From positions 32,001 to 96,000 of IMG/VR virus record IMGVR_UViG_3300002494_000025: 64,000 nt of DNA; one strand, 5' to 3'. This stretch comes from a virus. The translations under genes and the position numbers were made by a program. The notes beneath the pieces were generated by a model that ran no database searches, was not told the DNA's origin, and saw nothing but the letters and a program-made list of their open reading frames with translations. Below, piece after piece: positions 22,832-32,926 of this stretch; position 1 is the stretch's first letter; each line of letters starts with the position of its first letter.

Positions 22832-23335
22832 TCATAACTCATTTCTAATTATATAATGGATCATTATATCGTAGAAAACTGCTAATTTGGTGATTTCTTT
22901 CTCATAAAATCTTTTTACCCAATGTGGTAATCTATTTACAAATATTGGTTCTGTTAGTTTTGTTACTATAGATCTAATCAAATCCATCATATCTTTGTCC
23001 AATGTTGTTATAATGTCAACATACTTATAGTAATCTTTAAATATATAAAACAATATTGGTGTCACACGATACGTATCATTTTCTACTTCAACAATGGGAA
23101 GAGGAAATTTTTTATTAAAATACCTTAAATATTTATTATTATTATCAACAAAGTCTGGTGTTATATATAACACTGTCACGAAATCACTGGTTATGTCAAT
23201 AATCACCCCGTTAACAACAATTACCTTACAGTCATTAACATAACACATTCTGATTACGTCATTAATTTTAAAATTAACATTGTCATCATTATTCATTCTT
23301 ATGAATGTCATTTTACTTACCCTCCCTTTAATCAT
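22832..23335 (-). CDS. Hypothetical protein
   Basis: 167-aa ORF. The GGGAGG RBS suggests a start near 23311. Confidence 0.6.
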   Translation of the reverse strand: MIKGRVSKMTFIRMNNDDNVNFKINDVIRMCYVNDCKVIVVNGVIIDITSDFVTVLYITPDFVDNNNKYLRYFNKKFPLPIVEVENDTYRVTPILFYIFKDYYKYVDIITTLDKDMMDLIRSIVTKLTEPIFVNRLPHWVKRFYEKEITKLAVFYDIMIHYIIRNEL

Positions 23336-23545
23336 CTCTCATATATAAGAACTGTATACATTCAAAAATTTGACAGGGGAATATTGTTAAATGTGAATGA
23401 ATGTTATATGTTATTTTTGTTCAACACCTGTTTATAACCTGTTTATACTTGTCGAAGTTATCCGGTGTTTGTCAAGTCTGTCGACGATGTCGAGTAAAAA
23501 TAAAAAGTGGGTTACATAAAGTAACCTCTCAGATCAATCATCGGT

Positions 23546-24220
23546 TTAGATAGATTTTTGTTTTTGACTATATAGTTTTAGCAATTGTGAAATACCGTCT
23601 TTTAGTCTGTATGTGTCTATCACAAAAATTATAAATTTCTCACCAACTGTAATTACAATTTCACAATATTTATGTAACAGTAAATTATTGATAAATCGTT
23701 CATCCATAATTATATATGCACTATTGTACAATTCTGGATAAAAAACTGCATACATATCAGTATACGGTTTTACATTACTTTTAATATTTTTATTATTTTC
23801 TTGTTCTTGTTGTAACGTATCAAAAAATCTTACACTTGTCAACCTAACTGCGTATACTTCTTCGTTAAATTGTTTTATGACCTGAACGTTTGGGGAATCA
23901 ACTGTTAGTCCGATTGGTTCGACAAATTGAAATGCAAAAAACATCTTTTTGTGAGGTAAACTGATATTAATCATTAATTTGACAAATTGCTGATCATCAA
24001 TTTTACCATTGATTATGAAATCTGTTGTACTATAAAGAAAAGTATCAAAGAGTGGATATGTATCATAACGATTTTCTGTATACATAACCCAATAACCAAA
24101 ACTTTCAATTCTTGTTACACTATATACCGACTGTGAAAACAGAATTACAAACAATACAAACACAAACATGTTTAGATATATGTATGACCTTTTAATTTGA
24201 ATACTCATTATTAAACCCAC
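23546..24220 (-). CDS. Hypothetical exported/membrane protein
   Basis: N-terminal hydrophobic signal-like segment, TAG-free. Confidence 0.6.
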   Translation of the reverse strand: MGLIMSIQIKRSYIYLNMFVFVLFVILFSQSVYSVTRIESFGYWVMYTENRYDTYPLFDTFLYSTTDFIINGKIDDQQFVKLMINISLPHKKMFFAFQFVEPIGLTVDSPNVQVIKQFNEEVYAVRLTSVRFFDTLQQEQENNKNIKSNVKPYTDMYAVFYPELYNSAYIIMDERFINNLLLHKYCEIVITVGEKFIIFVIDTYRLKDGISQLLKLYSQKQKSI

Positions 24221-24238
24221 CTCCCAAAAATTAAATAG

Positions 24239-24553
24239 TTAATTATTCTGTACCTCAAGTTTAATTGTTACCCAACCGAACATTTTTTTGATGTTATTAT
24301 ACTCAGGATGTGGTTCAAATCGTAATACAGGTTTAACTGGTTTTATTGTGTAGATTTCATTTAATGGAATTATTTTCCACTCATTACTATCTTGTACACG
24401 AACCAACAACACTGTATTTTTATTTTTTATTAAATTTGTTCCAACTAGATATGGTTCACAGACAATATCGTTTATTTGTATACATTCTTTATTTACTATG
24501 TTATTTTCCAATTGTTTGATTAACTCCCTTTGTGTATATACACTCATACTCAC
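24239..24553 (-). CDS. Stand-alone WYL-like domain protein (degenerate)
   Basis: CEPYLVG..EWKIIPLNEI..F.P.PEYN resembles the 27937-28293 protein. Confidence 0.5.
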   Translation of the reverse strand: MSMSVYTQRELIKQLENNIVNKECIQINDIVCEPYLVGTNLIKNKNTVLLVRVQDSNEWKIIPLNEIYTIKPVKPVLRFEPHPEYNNIKKMFGWVTIKLEVQNN

Positions 24554-24571
24554 ACCATCTCCTCATATAGT

Positions 24572-25741
24572 TTAATTCAATACTTTTAGTAATTCACGTG
24601 CAAGAAAACGGATAACTGGGACTGAAACTGAATTACCTGCTTGTTTGTACAGTTTACTTGTGGGATATGGTTGATTTCTATAAGTGGTGGGTAGTTTATA
24701 ACCATTATCAACAGGGAAACCTTGGATCTTAAACGCTTCTTTTGGTGTTATCATCCGGATTCCGTCTGGAACTCGTACAATAGTCATGTTAGTTGGATGT
24801 GTAGATGATGCGACTAATGCAGGACACAGTCCAGATTTATTTTTTCGTACATAGGAATTCCTTCTAATTTGGTAGAACCAATACATTTCATCAACTTCCT
24901 CTTCAAGATTGATTCTATTCTTTGGTCTTTTATCTGGTGGTAATTTCTCATACTCTTCCTTTGATACAAACAGATATGGATACTTTTCTTTTGTATAATA
25001 ATATTCAGGGTTATCTTTGATATTGATGTTAAGATCTAGTACATTCATACGTTCTTCCATTAATTGTTGAGGTGTTTTCCTGATTTTATATTTTTTAAGA
25101 TTGTTACCATCAAACAATGTAAATTTATCAACATCTTCTTTATTCAGAAATGCAAGAATATAGATTCTTGATCTGTTTTGTGGTAGTTCTGTATAATCTT
25201 TTGTGTTTATAACAGCATCTTTGACGGTATATCCCAAATCTTCAAGTGTAGTTCTAATAACTTTGTATGTATTTCCCCCATCATGTCGTTTTAAATGACT
25301 AACATTTTCCAGGAATAAAACACGTGGTTTTTTACCGAACACCTTTTCATGTTCAATTACAACATCCACGATTCTCCAGAACATTTCCCCCCTTGGGTCT
25401 TCAAATCCAAGTTTCTTACCTGCCACTGAGAAAGGTTGACATGGAAATCCAGCAGTTAGGATGTCAACATGATGAGAAAACATATCGTTCTTCAACTTCT
25501 TGTAATAACGAATTAGTTTAATGTTTTTTGCTAATTCCGGTTTAAGTATTTTTACAATATCACCATGTAGAATTCTGTGGTTGAAATTAGTTTGTAACGT
25601 TACAACTGCATAATTATCTATTTCATTTGACCAAATGATCTCGTATTTTTTATTTTCAACATCCTGGGTGGCAAGTATGAACCCCATTTCTATTCCACCC
25701 ACACCTGCAAACAGACTACCAACATAAAATAACTTCTCCAT
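24572..25741 (-). CDS. DNA (cytosine-5) methyltransferase, orphan
   Basis: LFAGVGG, GFPCQPFS, ENV, QNRSRIY and YKQAGNSV motifs. Confidence 0.95.
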   Translation of the reverse strand: MEKLFYVGSLFAGVGGIEMGFILATQDVENKKYEIIWSNEIDNYAVVTLQTNFNHRILHGDIVKILKPELAKNIKLIRYYKKLKNDMFSHHVDILTAGFPCQPFSVAGKKLGFEDPRGEMFWRIVDVVIEHEKVFGKKPRVLFLENVSHLKRHDGGNTYKVIRTTLEDLGYTVKDAVINTKDYTELPQNRSRIYILAFLNKEDVDKFTLFDGNNLKKYKIRKTPQQLMEERMNVLDLNINIKDNPEYYYTKEKYPYLFVSKEEYEKLPPDKRPKNRINLEEEVDEMYWFYQIRRNSYVRKNKSGLCPALVASSTHPTNMTIVRVPDGIRMITPKEAFKIQGFPVDNGYKLPTTYRNQPYPTSKLYKQAGNSVSVPVIRFLARELLKVLN

Positions 25742-25839
25742 TATCCACTACCCCCATAACCAATCTAATAATATGTTAGATTTTGTAATTAAAAAAACGG
25801 GTGTAATGTAAAAAACAACACCCGACATAAACATTAAAA

Positions 25840-27108
25840 TTATATCCGCATCGGTATTAACACATAAAAGTATGTAAGCTCACTATCAACTGGTGATATT
25901 TTGACTGGACTGACATTATCGACAAACTTAAACATACATTTACTTGTGTCTATATGTTTTATGATTTCGCTTAACAGTTTGGGGTTAAAACTAATAATCA
26001 AGTCACTTCCCTGTTTATCCACAATATCGAGTTCATCAATAACTTCACCAAAATCGGAACTTCTTACTATAAATCTTGTAATGTTATTAGTAATTTCCAG
26101 TACAAGTTTTTCCCCACTTTTGTTTGACAAGACTGATATATGTTTCAATGTCTCTTTCAATTTCTCTGTGTCGAACACTATCATAGTACTTGTGTTAATG
26201 TTAACAACTCGTGAATAGTCTGGAAATTTATCTTCAACAGTCCTGGTGATAATTTTTATATCGCCGGTATCAAACATCACAACTGAGGTATTGTATGATG
26301 TAGACACATTTATTTCTGGTTCTGTGGTTGTAGTTACTAATTTGTATATCTCTTTCATCGTTTTAAGATCTACAAGGAATTGAATAGACTGATTAATTGA
26401 TGTTTGAATTCTATCCGATGTTAGTCCTAGTCTATAACCATCAGTACCCACCAAAGTTAACTCATTATCTTTATTGACTAACCACAATACTGAATTCAAA
26501 TTCCTTAAATTGTAATCTGTGGATGTACAAAACAGTACCTTATCAATTAGTTCTTTTAATATGGATGTTTCTACTGTAAAAACATTATCAGTTTCACTTA
26601 CAAGAGTCTCAATATCTGGGAACTTATTCTCTTCAGAGTATGTTGTAAGTGTATATTTGGATTTTCCACTCTTGATAATTAGTTTACCATCATCTGTATG
26701 ATACATAAATGTAAGAACGTCATCTTTATCAAAACTTTTAACAATATCAAACAATAGATCTGATCTTACAAGAAACTTAGTTTCGTTACCACTACCACCA
26801 CTACCACTGAACTCGTATTCACTAACATTGATACTTGTTACAATTGTAGTTTGAAGATTTGTTGATACTAACTTAACCACTGGTTCCTTATCCATAAAAC
26901 CATTTTCAACTTTGAACAATATACATTGAAGTGTTGGATCAACTGTTCTAGAATTGGTAATATCATCAAGTATTTCAATTTTGTTGATAATATGATATTG
27001 TTTTACATTAAATGACACCACATTCTTTTTCAACATACTTTCTTCATTTAACCTCCTCTCAAAATTTTGTATGTTATTAACAATATACACAAGTTGTACA
27101 TTTACCAT
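25840..27108 (-). CDS. dnaN: Bacterial-type DNA polymerase III beta sliding clamp (start may be ATG at 27036)
   Basis: GTDGYRL, FPDYSRV, ISFNPK and C-terminal LIPMRI. No alanine at all. Confidence 0.9.
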   Translation of the reverse strand: MVNVQLVYIVNNIQNFERRLNEESMLKKNVVSFNVKQYHIINKIEILDDITNSRTVDPTLQCILFKVENGFMDKEPVVKLVSTNLQTTIVTSINVSEYEFSGSGGSGNETKFLVRSDLLFDIVKSFDKDDVLTFMYHTDDGKLIIKSGKSKYTLTTYSEENKFPDIETLVSETDNVFTVETSILKELIDKVLFCTSTDYNLRNLNSVLWLVNKDNELTLVGTDGYRLGLTSDRIQTSINQSIQFLVDLKTMKEIYKLVTTTTEPEINVSTSYNTSVVMFDTGDIKIITRTVEDKFPDYSRVVNINTSTMIVFDTEKLKETLKHISVLSNKSGEKLVLEITNNITRFIVRSSDFGEVIDELDIVDKQGSDLIISFNPKLLSEIIKHIDTSKCMFKFVDNVSPVKISPVDSELTYFYVLIPMRI

Positions 27109-27119
27109 CTTTAATACTT

Positions 27120-27899
27120 TTAATACCCTCTTTTTTGTCTATCAAAATTTTCGTGATTTTTCGTCATATAATGAATTATCAAATCTTCCAAACTTCTTTT
27201 TCCATCAAAATTAATAAACAACTCTGATAATATCTCATGTAATTCATTTGTAACTTTCAAAAACTCGGAATAATCAATATTATAATCCTGTTCTTTATAT
27301 GTTTTCCAATATTTCCATGGGAATAAATTTAAAAGTTTGGACAATTTAACAAATCCTTCAAACACTAGATCATTATATGTTGTAACGTTTTTGTATGGTG
27401 TGTCGAATGTAAAATTAAATGTTGACATCATATCGTTAACAACCTTTTCCACAATAACCTTTTGGTATGTTTTATCACTTACATAATTATCAATCTGATT
27501 ATTTAATTTATCGTTAATTATATTAACTATCAGTAACAATTGTAACAAGAAGTGATAAATATCAATTACTTCATAACGACATTCAACTTTGTACTCACTT
27601 AGTCTAACAATATGTTCGGCATTTGGAAGTTCATCAATCCAATTTTTAATTTCAACAAACTCATCAAACATTGCAAGTATTGTCTTTTCAGCCAGATCTT
27701 TGAATGTTAATCTAGATTGTTCCCAAGTTGGAAGTATTTTTCTTTTTATGATATCAATCATTAGAGAGTTCTGTAAATCAACCATATAGTACAAAATTGG
27801 TTTGTTAGATTGTTTTTTAAATTCCTCAATTTGTTGTTTCATTTGTGGATAGTATTGTATATGTATCTCAAACTGTGACTGTCGGTGTTGTCCCATCAT
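27120..27899 (-). CDS. Dimeric all-alpha dUTPase/dCTPase (T4 gp56-like)
   Basis: DEFVE, EVIDIYHF, PWKYWK and KNHENFDRQKRGY motifs. Confidence 0.8.
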   Translation of the reverse strand: MMGQHRQSQFEIHIQYYPQMKQQIEEFKKQSNKPILYYMVDLQNSLMIDIIKRKILPTWEQSRLTFKDLAEKTILAMFDEFVEIKNWIDELPNAEHIVRLSEYKVECRYEVIDIYHFLLQLLLIVNIINDKLNNQIDNYVSDKTYQKVIVEKVVNDMMSTFNFTFDTPYKNVTTYNDLVFEGFVKLSKLLNLFPWKYWKTYKEQDYNIDYSEFLKVTNELHEILSELFINFDGKRSLEDLIIHYMTKNHENFDRQKRGY

Positions 27900-27936
27900 T
27901 TATTACCCCCTTTTATCTTAATGACATTCTATTCTG

Positions 27937-28293
27937 TTATTGTCTCTTGACATTTACGATGATTCTGGTCATTGCTTTATCATCTGGATTGTACTCTGGT
28001 CGTTGTGTTGGATCAAATTTTACCAAGATACCCTCAGACTGTAATGGTTCAACGTACTCAATCAACTCAACGTTAAACAACTTCCACCCTTCGGAATTTC
28101 CTGAAGTACTATAACCACTTTGTTGAAATGCACGTAATAATGTGTTACCAAGTCGGTTTACACCCAATACATATGGTTCCACAATACGTTCCCGTGGTTC
28201 ACCACGATATTTCAGTTTTACTACAGTTCTTTTTCTAATACTTTTCACCAGTACATTAATAATCTCATTTACACTCATCACCATACTTATCAA
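27937..28293 (-). CDS. Stand-alone WYL domain protein
   Basis: YRGEPRERIVEPYVLG..LRAFQ..GWKLF..RPEYNPDD. Confidence 0.75.
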   Translation of the reverse strand: MISMVMSVNEIINVLVKSIRKRTVVKLKYRGEPRERIVEPYVLGVNRLGNTLLRAFQQSGYSTSGNSEGWKLFNVELIEYVEPLQSEGILVKFDPTQRPEYNPDDKAMTRIIVNVKRQ

Positions 28294-28343
28294 CCTCCTT
28301 CTTTTAACTTGTGTCTAATAATAATATATTGGATTTTGCAATT

Positions 28344-30053
28344 TTAACTGTCTAAACTCTCAAATAGTTGTTTGTTAAAATTTTCAATTTCATAAATCAT
28401 TAATTCATCAATATTTCTAAGTTCATGTTCATCGAATCTATCAATACCGAACAACATATCAAACACCTCGATTTTGGGATTGAGTATTTTGTTTAATACG
28501 TACTTATCAAATAACGATAATAAATTTATCACAATCCCGTCATTAACTTTCTTGTGACGTAGTCTATATATTCTTCCAACTCGTTGATTCATTTTAGCAG
28601 GATTGTATAGTTGGTCGTAATTAATCAGTACATCCAAATCAAGATTTACACCGGTTGATAACACATCTGTTGCAAGGATTATATACTGTTTTAAATTTTT
28701 TAATTGAGAACGATTGATTTGTTTTTTACTTGAAAACACAAATATGTTTTTATTTTTGAATATTTCATTCTTGGTAAGTAGTTCATACAGATGGTTAATG
28801 ACAGTTTCATAAAATGAGAAAATTATAACTTTTTTGTTACTGTATGATTGAAGAATGTCAAATATTTGTTTATCTTTGGGAGACATATAATTATCCCAGT
28901 CTACAGTTTTAACATACTTAGACAGTTCTGGTAGATATTTAGACTTATGTACAGTTTGTTTAATGATGACTGGATTATTTAATATCTCACGTAAATAGAT
29001 GAACCGTACAATGTTTTTAACAAGTGGGTGTGATATATTATTTGTTTCTTGTTTGAGGATTTGTATCATCTGTTTCTGAAGATTTTCCATACCAACATCA
29101 ACAGAAAAAGTATGAATATTTTGAAGGTATAATTTATCGATAACAACAACATCTGTTTTCCTCCTTCTTATATAAACTTTTGTTTGTTGTAATATAGATT
29201 TTAATTCATCCAAATTTTGATATTCGTACTTAGTGAACTTACCATTTTGAATTGGTGTTACATACCGTTCTATAAGTTTATTGGTCCAAATATCCATACC
29301 GTAAAACATAACTTGTAACAAATTAAAGAGTTCAATAACATGATTTTCAATTGGAGTGGCAGTGGATACAATAGTGAATGTCTCCGGTAAGAACTGGTTA
29401 ATAAACTTTATTACTTGTGTAACTTGGGTGTTGGAATTTTTTATTTTTTGTGCTTCATCTAATATTAACAATGTATATGAACTGTTATTTTTAATTTTGT
29501 TGAGGAAATCTACAATTAAACTAACCTGTAATTTGTCAGTTGTTCTAAACAAATCATAGTGTGTTACAATTAGATTAAATTTATTCAATTCATTTGTTGT
29601 ATAAAGTGATTTTTTATCAGTTAACAAAACAATGTTGAGGTACTTATGTAAATTATATTTTTTAATTTCTTCAAGAACATCAAATTTAACATTTTTAAGT
29701 GTAATATAGATTGTAGTAAATGGTTTGTTTATCGACTTGAAATAATCAGTTAACAATAATGTTGAAGACAGTGTTGACAGTGTCTTACCTAACCCAGTAT
29801 CGTCTGCCAATATAACGCCATGTTTTTTGAACAATATACCATTGAATATCTCATTTAAAAACTGTAAGAATTCAACTTGATGTTGTTGTAGTGTAATTTT
29901 GTACTTTGACTGTATCTTAATCTTATCAATATCAAGTCTTATGTTGGTGAACGTACTAATATATCTATTGTCACTTGGTGATATGTTATTTAAAAACAAG
30001 TATAAGTTGGTACTATATTCTTTTATGTGTTCAAACATAAATTCACCATCCAC
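28344..30053 (-). CDS. SNF2-family helicase/ATPase
   Basis: LADDTGLGKT, LDEAQKIKN, TATPIEN, GVNL and QRVGRIYR motifs. Confidence 0.9.
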   Translation of the reverse strand: MDGEFMFEHIKEYSTNLYLFLNNISPSDNRYISTFTNIRLDIDKIKIQSKYKITLQQHQVEFLQFLNEIFNGILFKKHGVILADDTGLGKTLSTLSSTLLLTDYFKSINKPFTTIYITLKNVKFDVLEEIKKYNLHKYLNIVLLTDKKSLYTTNELNKFNLIVTHYDLFRTTDKLQVSLIVDFLNKIKNNSSYTLLILDEAQKIKNSNTQVTQVIKFINQFLPETFTIVSTATPIENHVIELFNLLQVMFYGMDIWTNKLIERYVTPIQNGKFTKYEYQNLDELKSILQQTKVYIRRRKTDVVVIDKLYLQNIHTFSVDVGMENLQKQMIQILKQETNNISHPLVKNIVRFIYLREILNNPVIIKQTVHKSKYLPELSKYVKTVDWDNYMSPKDKQIFDILQSYSNKKVIIFSFYETVINHLYELLTKNEIFKNKNIFVFSSKKQINRSQLKNLKQYIILATDVLSTGVNLDLDVLINYDQLYNPAKMNQRVGRIYRLRHKKVNDGIVINLLSLFDKYVLNKILNPKIEVFDMLFGIDRFDEHELRNIDELMIYEIENFNKQLFESLDS

Positions 30054-30109
30054 AGTTTTATAAATTTTATAACATGTACTCTATTAAATAATATTTCATG
30101 ATTTACAAT

Positions 30110-30610
30110 CTGACTGTAACTGATATCTGTAATGTGTAACATAATAATTATCAGTTACTAGTATCAGTTATATATATATCTGTAACATGACGATTGTCAG
30201 TTATCAGTTGTATTAATATCAACATACATATATTCATAATATGACTATTGTCAGTTATCAGTTGTACTAACACTAATATACATGTATCTGTAATATAACA
30301 ATTATCAATTATCAGATCAGCTATATTAATATCAGTATACATACATCTGTAACATAACAACTGTAATATGATATCTATAATATAACTATTGTAACATGAT
30401 ATCTGTAATATAACTACTGTAGTATGACACTTATAATATAACTACTGTAATATAATATCTGTAACATAACTACTGTAGTATGACATCTGTAATATAATTA
30501 CTGTAATGTAACTACTGTTAGTTATTAGATCAGTTATATATACAATATCTGATACTGACATATATATATGTAACATAACTATAGTCAGTTACTAAGTCAG
30601 TTATGTATAT
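30110..30610. repeat. Degenerate short-repeat array in the largest intergenic region; candidate replication origin
   Basis: Many copies of (at)ctgtaa(c/t)at(a/g), ataactactgt and tatcagtt, located at the minus/plus strand switch of the replication cluster. Confidence 0.55.
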
Positions 30611-30805
30611 AATATATTATATTATTATCTAGGAGACAGTTAATTTTTCTTTGAATAGTAACATACTATTAACAATAGTAACATGGTGGTAAGTTAATTT
30701 ATGTATAAACACTCTCTACCAAGTATTGAATATAAAAGTTTTCTTATAATTTTCATCCTGCCAACTCTAAGTAAAAATTATATTAATTTTTATTTATAAA
30801 TATGT

Positions 30806-30846
30806 TCGCGCGCACACGTCGACTTGGCCGGACCGGTCGGCATCGT
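30806..30846. other. Isolated GC-rich island packed with short palindromes
   Basis: tcgcgcgcacacgtcgacttggccggaccggtcggcatcgt contains CGCG, GCGC, ACGT, GTCGAC, GGCC, CCGG (x2) and ACCGGT in an AT-rich intergenic region. Confidence 0.7.
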
Positions 30847-30954
30847 ACAATCTATCAATGTTTACGTGTACTTAATTGTCAATCTTGTTATTGTATATAA
30901 AGTGTAAACTCGAATATATTATTAATAGGTACAAATGTATGGGGGTGATTATAA

Positions 30955-31353
30955 ATGGTTATGTATACAAAAGAAATAACATTACCTATTCCAAGTCCAA
31001 CACGTGATGACCAAGTTGAATATGTAGATGTAGATAATATAAAGTTAGAAACTATTTATAATTTCGAAACACACGAATATGTTGCAATAGTTTGTAAAAT
31101 AAGAAAAAACAATACACATGAGAAACATCGAATATTTTATTTCAAAGTACCATATGAACGTGAATACGGATTTGCAAATTTAAGAAAAATTTTTGAAAAC
31201 ACTCAACTGGATTATGATTACAGTACGTATATTTCCAATCAACACAACAACATTGATTTAATGAACACAATCATAAATTTGTTCGAAACAATACAGAATG
31301 AAATCCAACAATCACAATCATCATTTCAAAATAATAAAACCGATGTAATGTAA
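30955..31353 (+). CDS. Hypothetical protein
   Basis: GGGGGTG RBS and early motif at 30903. Confidence 0.65.
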   Translation: MVMYTKEITLPIPSPTRDDQVEYVDVDNIKLETIYNFETHEYVAIVCKIRKNNTHEKHRIFYFKVPYEREYGFANLRKIFENTQLDYDYSTYISNQHNNIDLMNTIINLFETIQNEIQQSQSSFQNNKTDVM

Positions 31354-31382
31354 ATGTAAAACTTGGGAGGTGGGTGTAAATT

Positions 31383-31910
31383 ATGAGAAATGAAAGTAAT
31401 TTTAATGTTGACAACATGGAGTTCCCAAAAGTTTTAGAACACATCGAATGGCGTTTGGGTTCGATGGTTAGAATCAGACCATCAAAAGAAAAGGTTTTGT
31501 TCAGTTTTATGTTGAGAGACAAGAACAACAAAGATTACGATACGAATAGTAGAGTATTGTTTTCTACAAACATGTCTGAAACATATCAGATTATCAAGTA
31601 TCTCGATACACTCCTAAATACAGATACAGTTACACCATACACCCTAATCCATGTTCCAGATGGTCCAGATGGTACTAAAAATAATTAGGGAATAAAAAAG
31701 ATATTTACAATCATACCTAAACGTGATGAGAAGATGAAGTTACAAACGGTGTATATTTCTTTAATTGTAAACAACAATGGACATGAGATAAAATATATTA
31801 TCAGTTTTACTGATACAGGTGTGTTACGATATTTTGGATTTAAATTAAAATTAATGTACTATTGGTTAACAACAAACACACTAGTTGGATTCACCGAAAA
31901 CTGGATATGA
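31383..31910 (+). CDS. Hypothetical protein; one internal TAG
   Basis: GGAGGTGG RBS. Reads through TAG at 31686 to TGA at 31908, followed by a terminator hairpin at 31924-31945. Confidence 0.6.
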
Positions 31911-31970
31911 TATGAAAGAATGAAACCCACCAAATTTGGTGGGTTTGTTTTTATTTATTAGTTCGTATTT

Positions 31971-32216
31971 TTATTCATTTTCTGATTTTGTTCTTTGTTC
32001 TTTTTGTTCTTGTTGGTTTTTAACCAACCATTCTTCAATCAAACTATCAAATTGTGATAGTTTTTCCAAAATAACTTGAGTATCAATCTTGTTGTTTTGT
32101 TTTCCTGTGTATAACTTATGTATGTTCTCAAACATTGAGATTACGTTTATTAACGAAACAATCATCTAAGTTGTTAGTATTGACGTCACCAATATAATTG
32201 ACAAATTGTCAAACAT
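31971..32216 (-). CDS. Small single-TM membrane protein (holin-like candidate); one TAG
   Basis: GAGGTG RBS. MFDNLSIILVTSILTT*MIVSLINVISM is hydrophobic, followed by a charged tail. Confidence 0.5.
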
Positions 32217-32359
32217 TTAATTCACCTCTATCTATAGATAATGATTAAATGTTTTGAAACTTCACAGTTTTGTAAGTCATTATTAAGTTTGTTTTCTTTT
32301 TTTAGTTTTGTACTAAAATTGCAAGACTCAATATATTATTATTAGAACGTTGTGTTAAG

Positions 32360-32905
32360 ATGATTGGGGTGGATTGGATGAATGAAAAAACAAATTCAAC
32401 GTTTCAAATCTTATTTTCATTCCTAATGTTTACATCGTACATGTATTCGAACCTTTCAGAATTCATCAAACAACTTAACGAAGTAGTTTTTGAGGGATAC
32501 AAACATACAATCGTAACTAGTAACGATGGGTTGTATATAAAACGAAGTAAAAGTCAAGAACAGATAAAAGATATCATACGTGGTTACGAATATCTAAAGA
32601 GTGGGGGTAATTTACCAGACTCCAATATCGTAGTATTTAATTTAAAAGTAATTGATGTTAAACCAGTCTGTCTTTTTAAATGTAACTGGTTCAAAATTAA
32701 AAACTTGTACAGATACTACGTAAAACTAACAATTGTAGATCATGATTTTCAATTCATGAAGTCGGATGATTCCGTAATTAACTTTGTGATAAAACCGAAC
32801 ATCAGTTATATTTATAGTTACGTTAAACACATAATAAAAGAAACTGATTATGGATATCCGTTCTGGTTCAAACGTGAGGAATTTGAGAAAATTTCAAAAC
32901 TGTAA
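32360..32905 (+). CDS. Hypothetical protein
   Basis: ORF behind the early motif at 32320. Confidence 0.6.
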   Translation: MIGVDWMNEKTNSTFQILFSFLMFTSYMYSNLSEFIKQLNEVVFEGYKHTIVTSNDGLYIKRSKSQEQIKDIIRGYEYLKSGGNLPDSNIVVFNLKVIDVKPVCLFKCNWFKIKNLYRYYVKLTIVDHDFQFMKSDDSVINFVIKPNISYIYSYVKHIIKETDYGYPFWFKREEFEKISKL

Positions 32906-32926
32906 AACCCAATATATTATTAAGGT

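Noticed and set aside
30110-30620. CRISPR array or the 30151-30360 ORF
   Set aside because: The repeats are short and degenerate with no regular unique spacers. The ORF looks like a by-product of the repeats.
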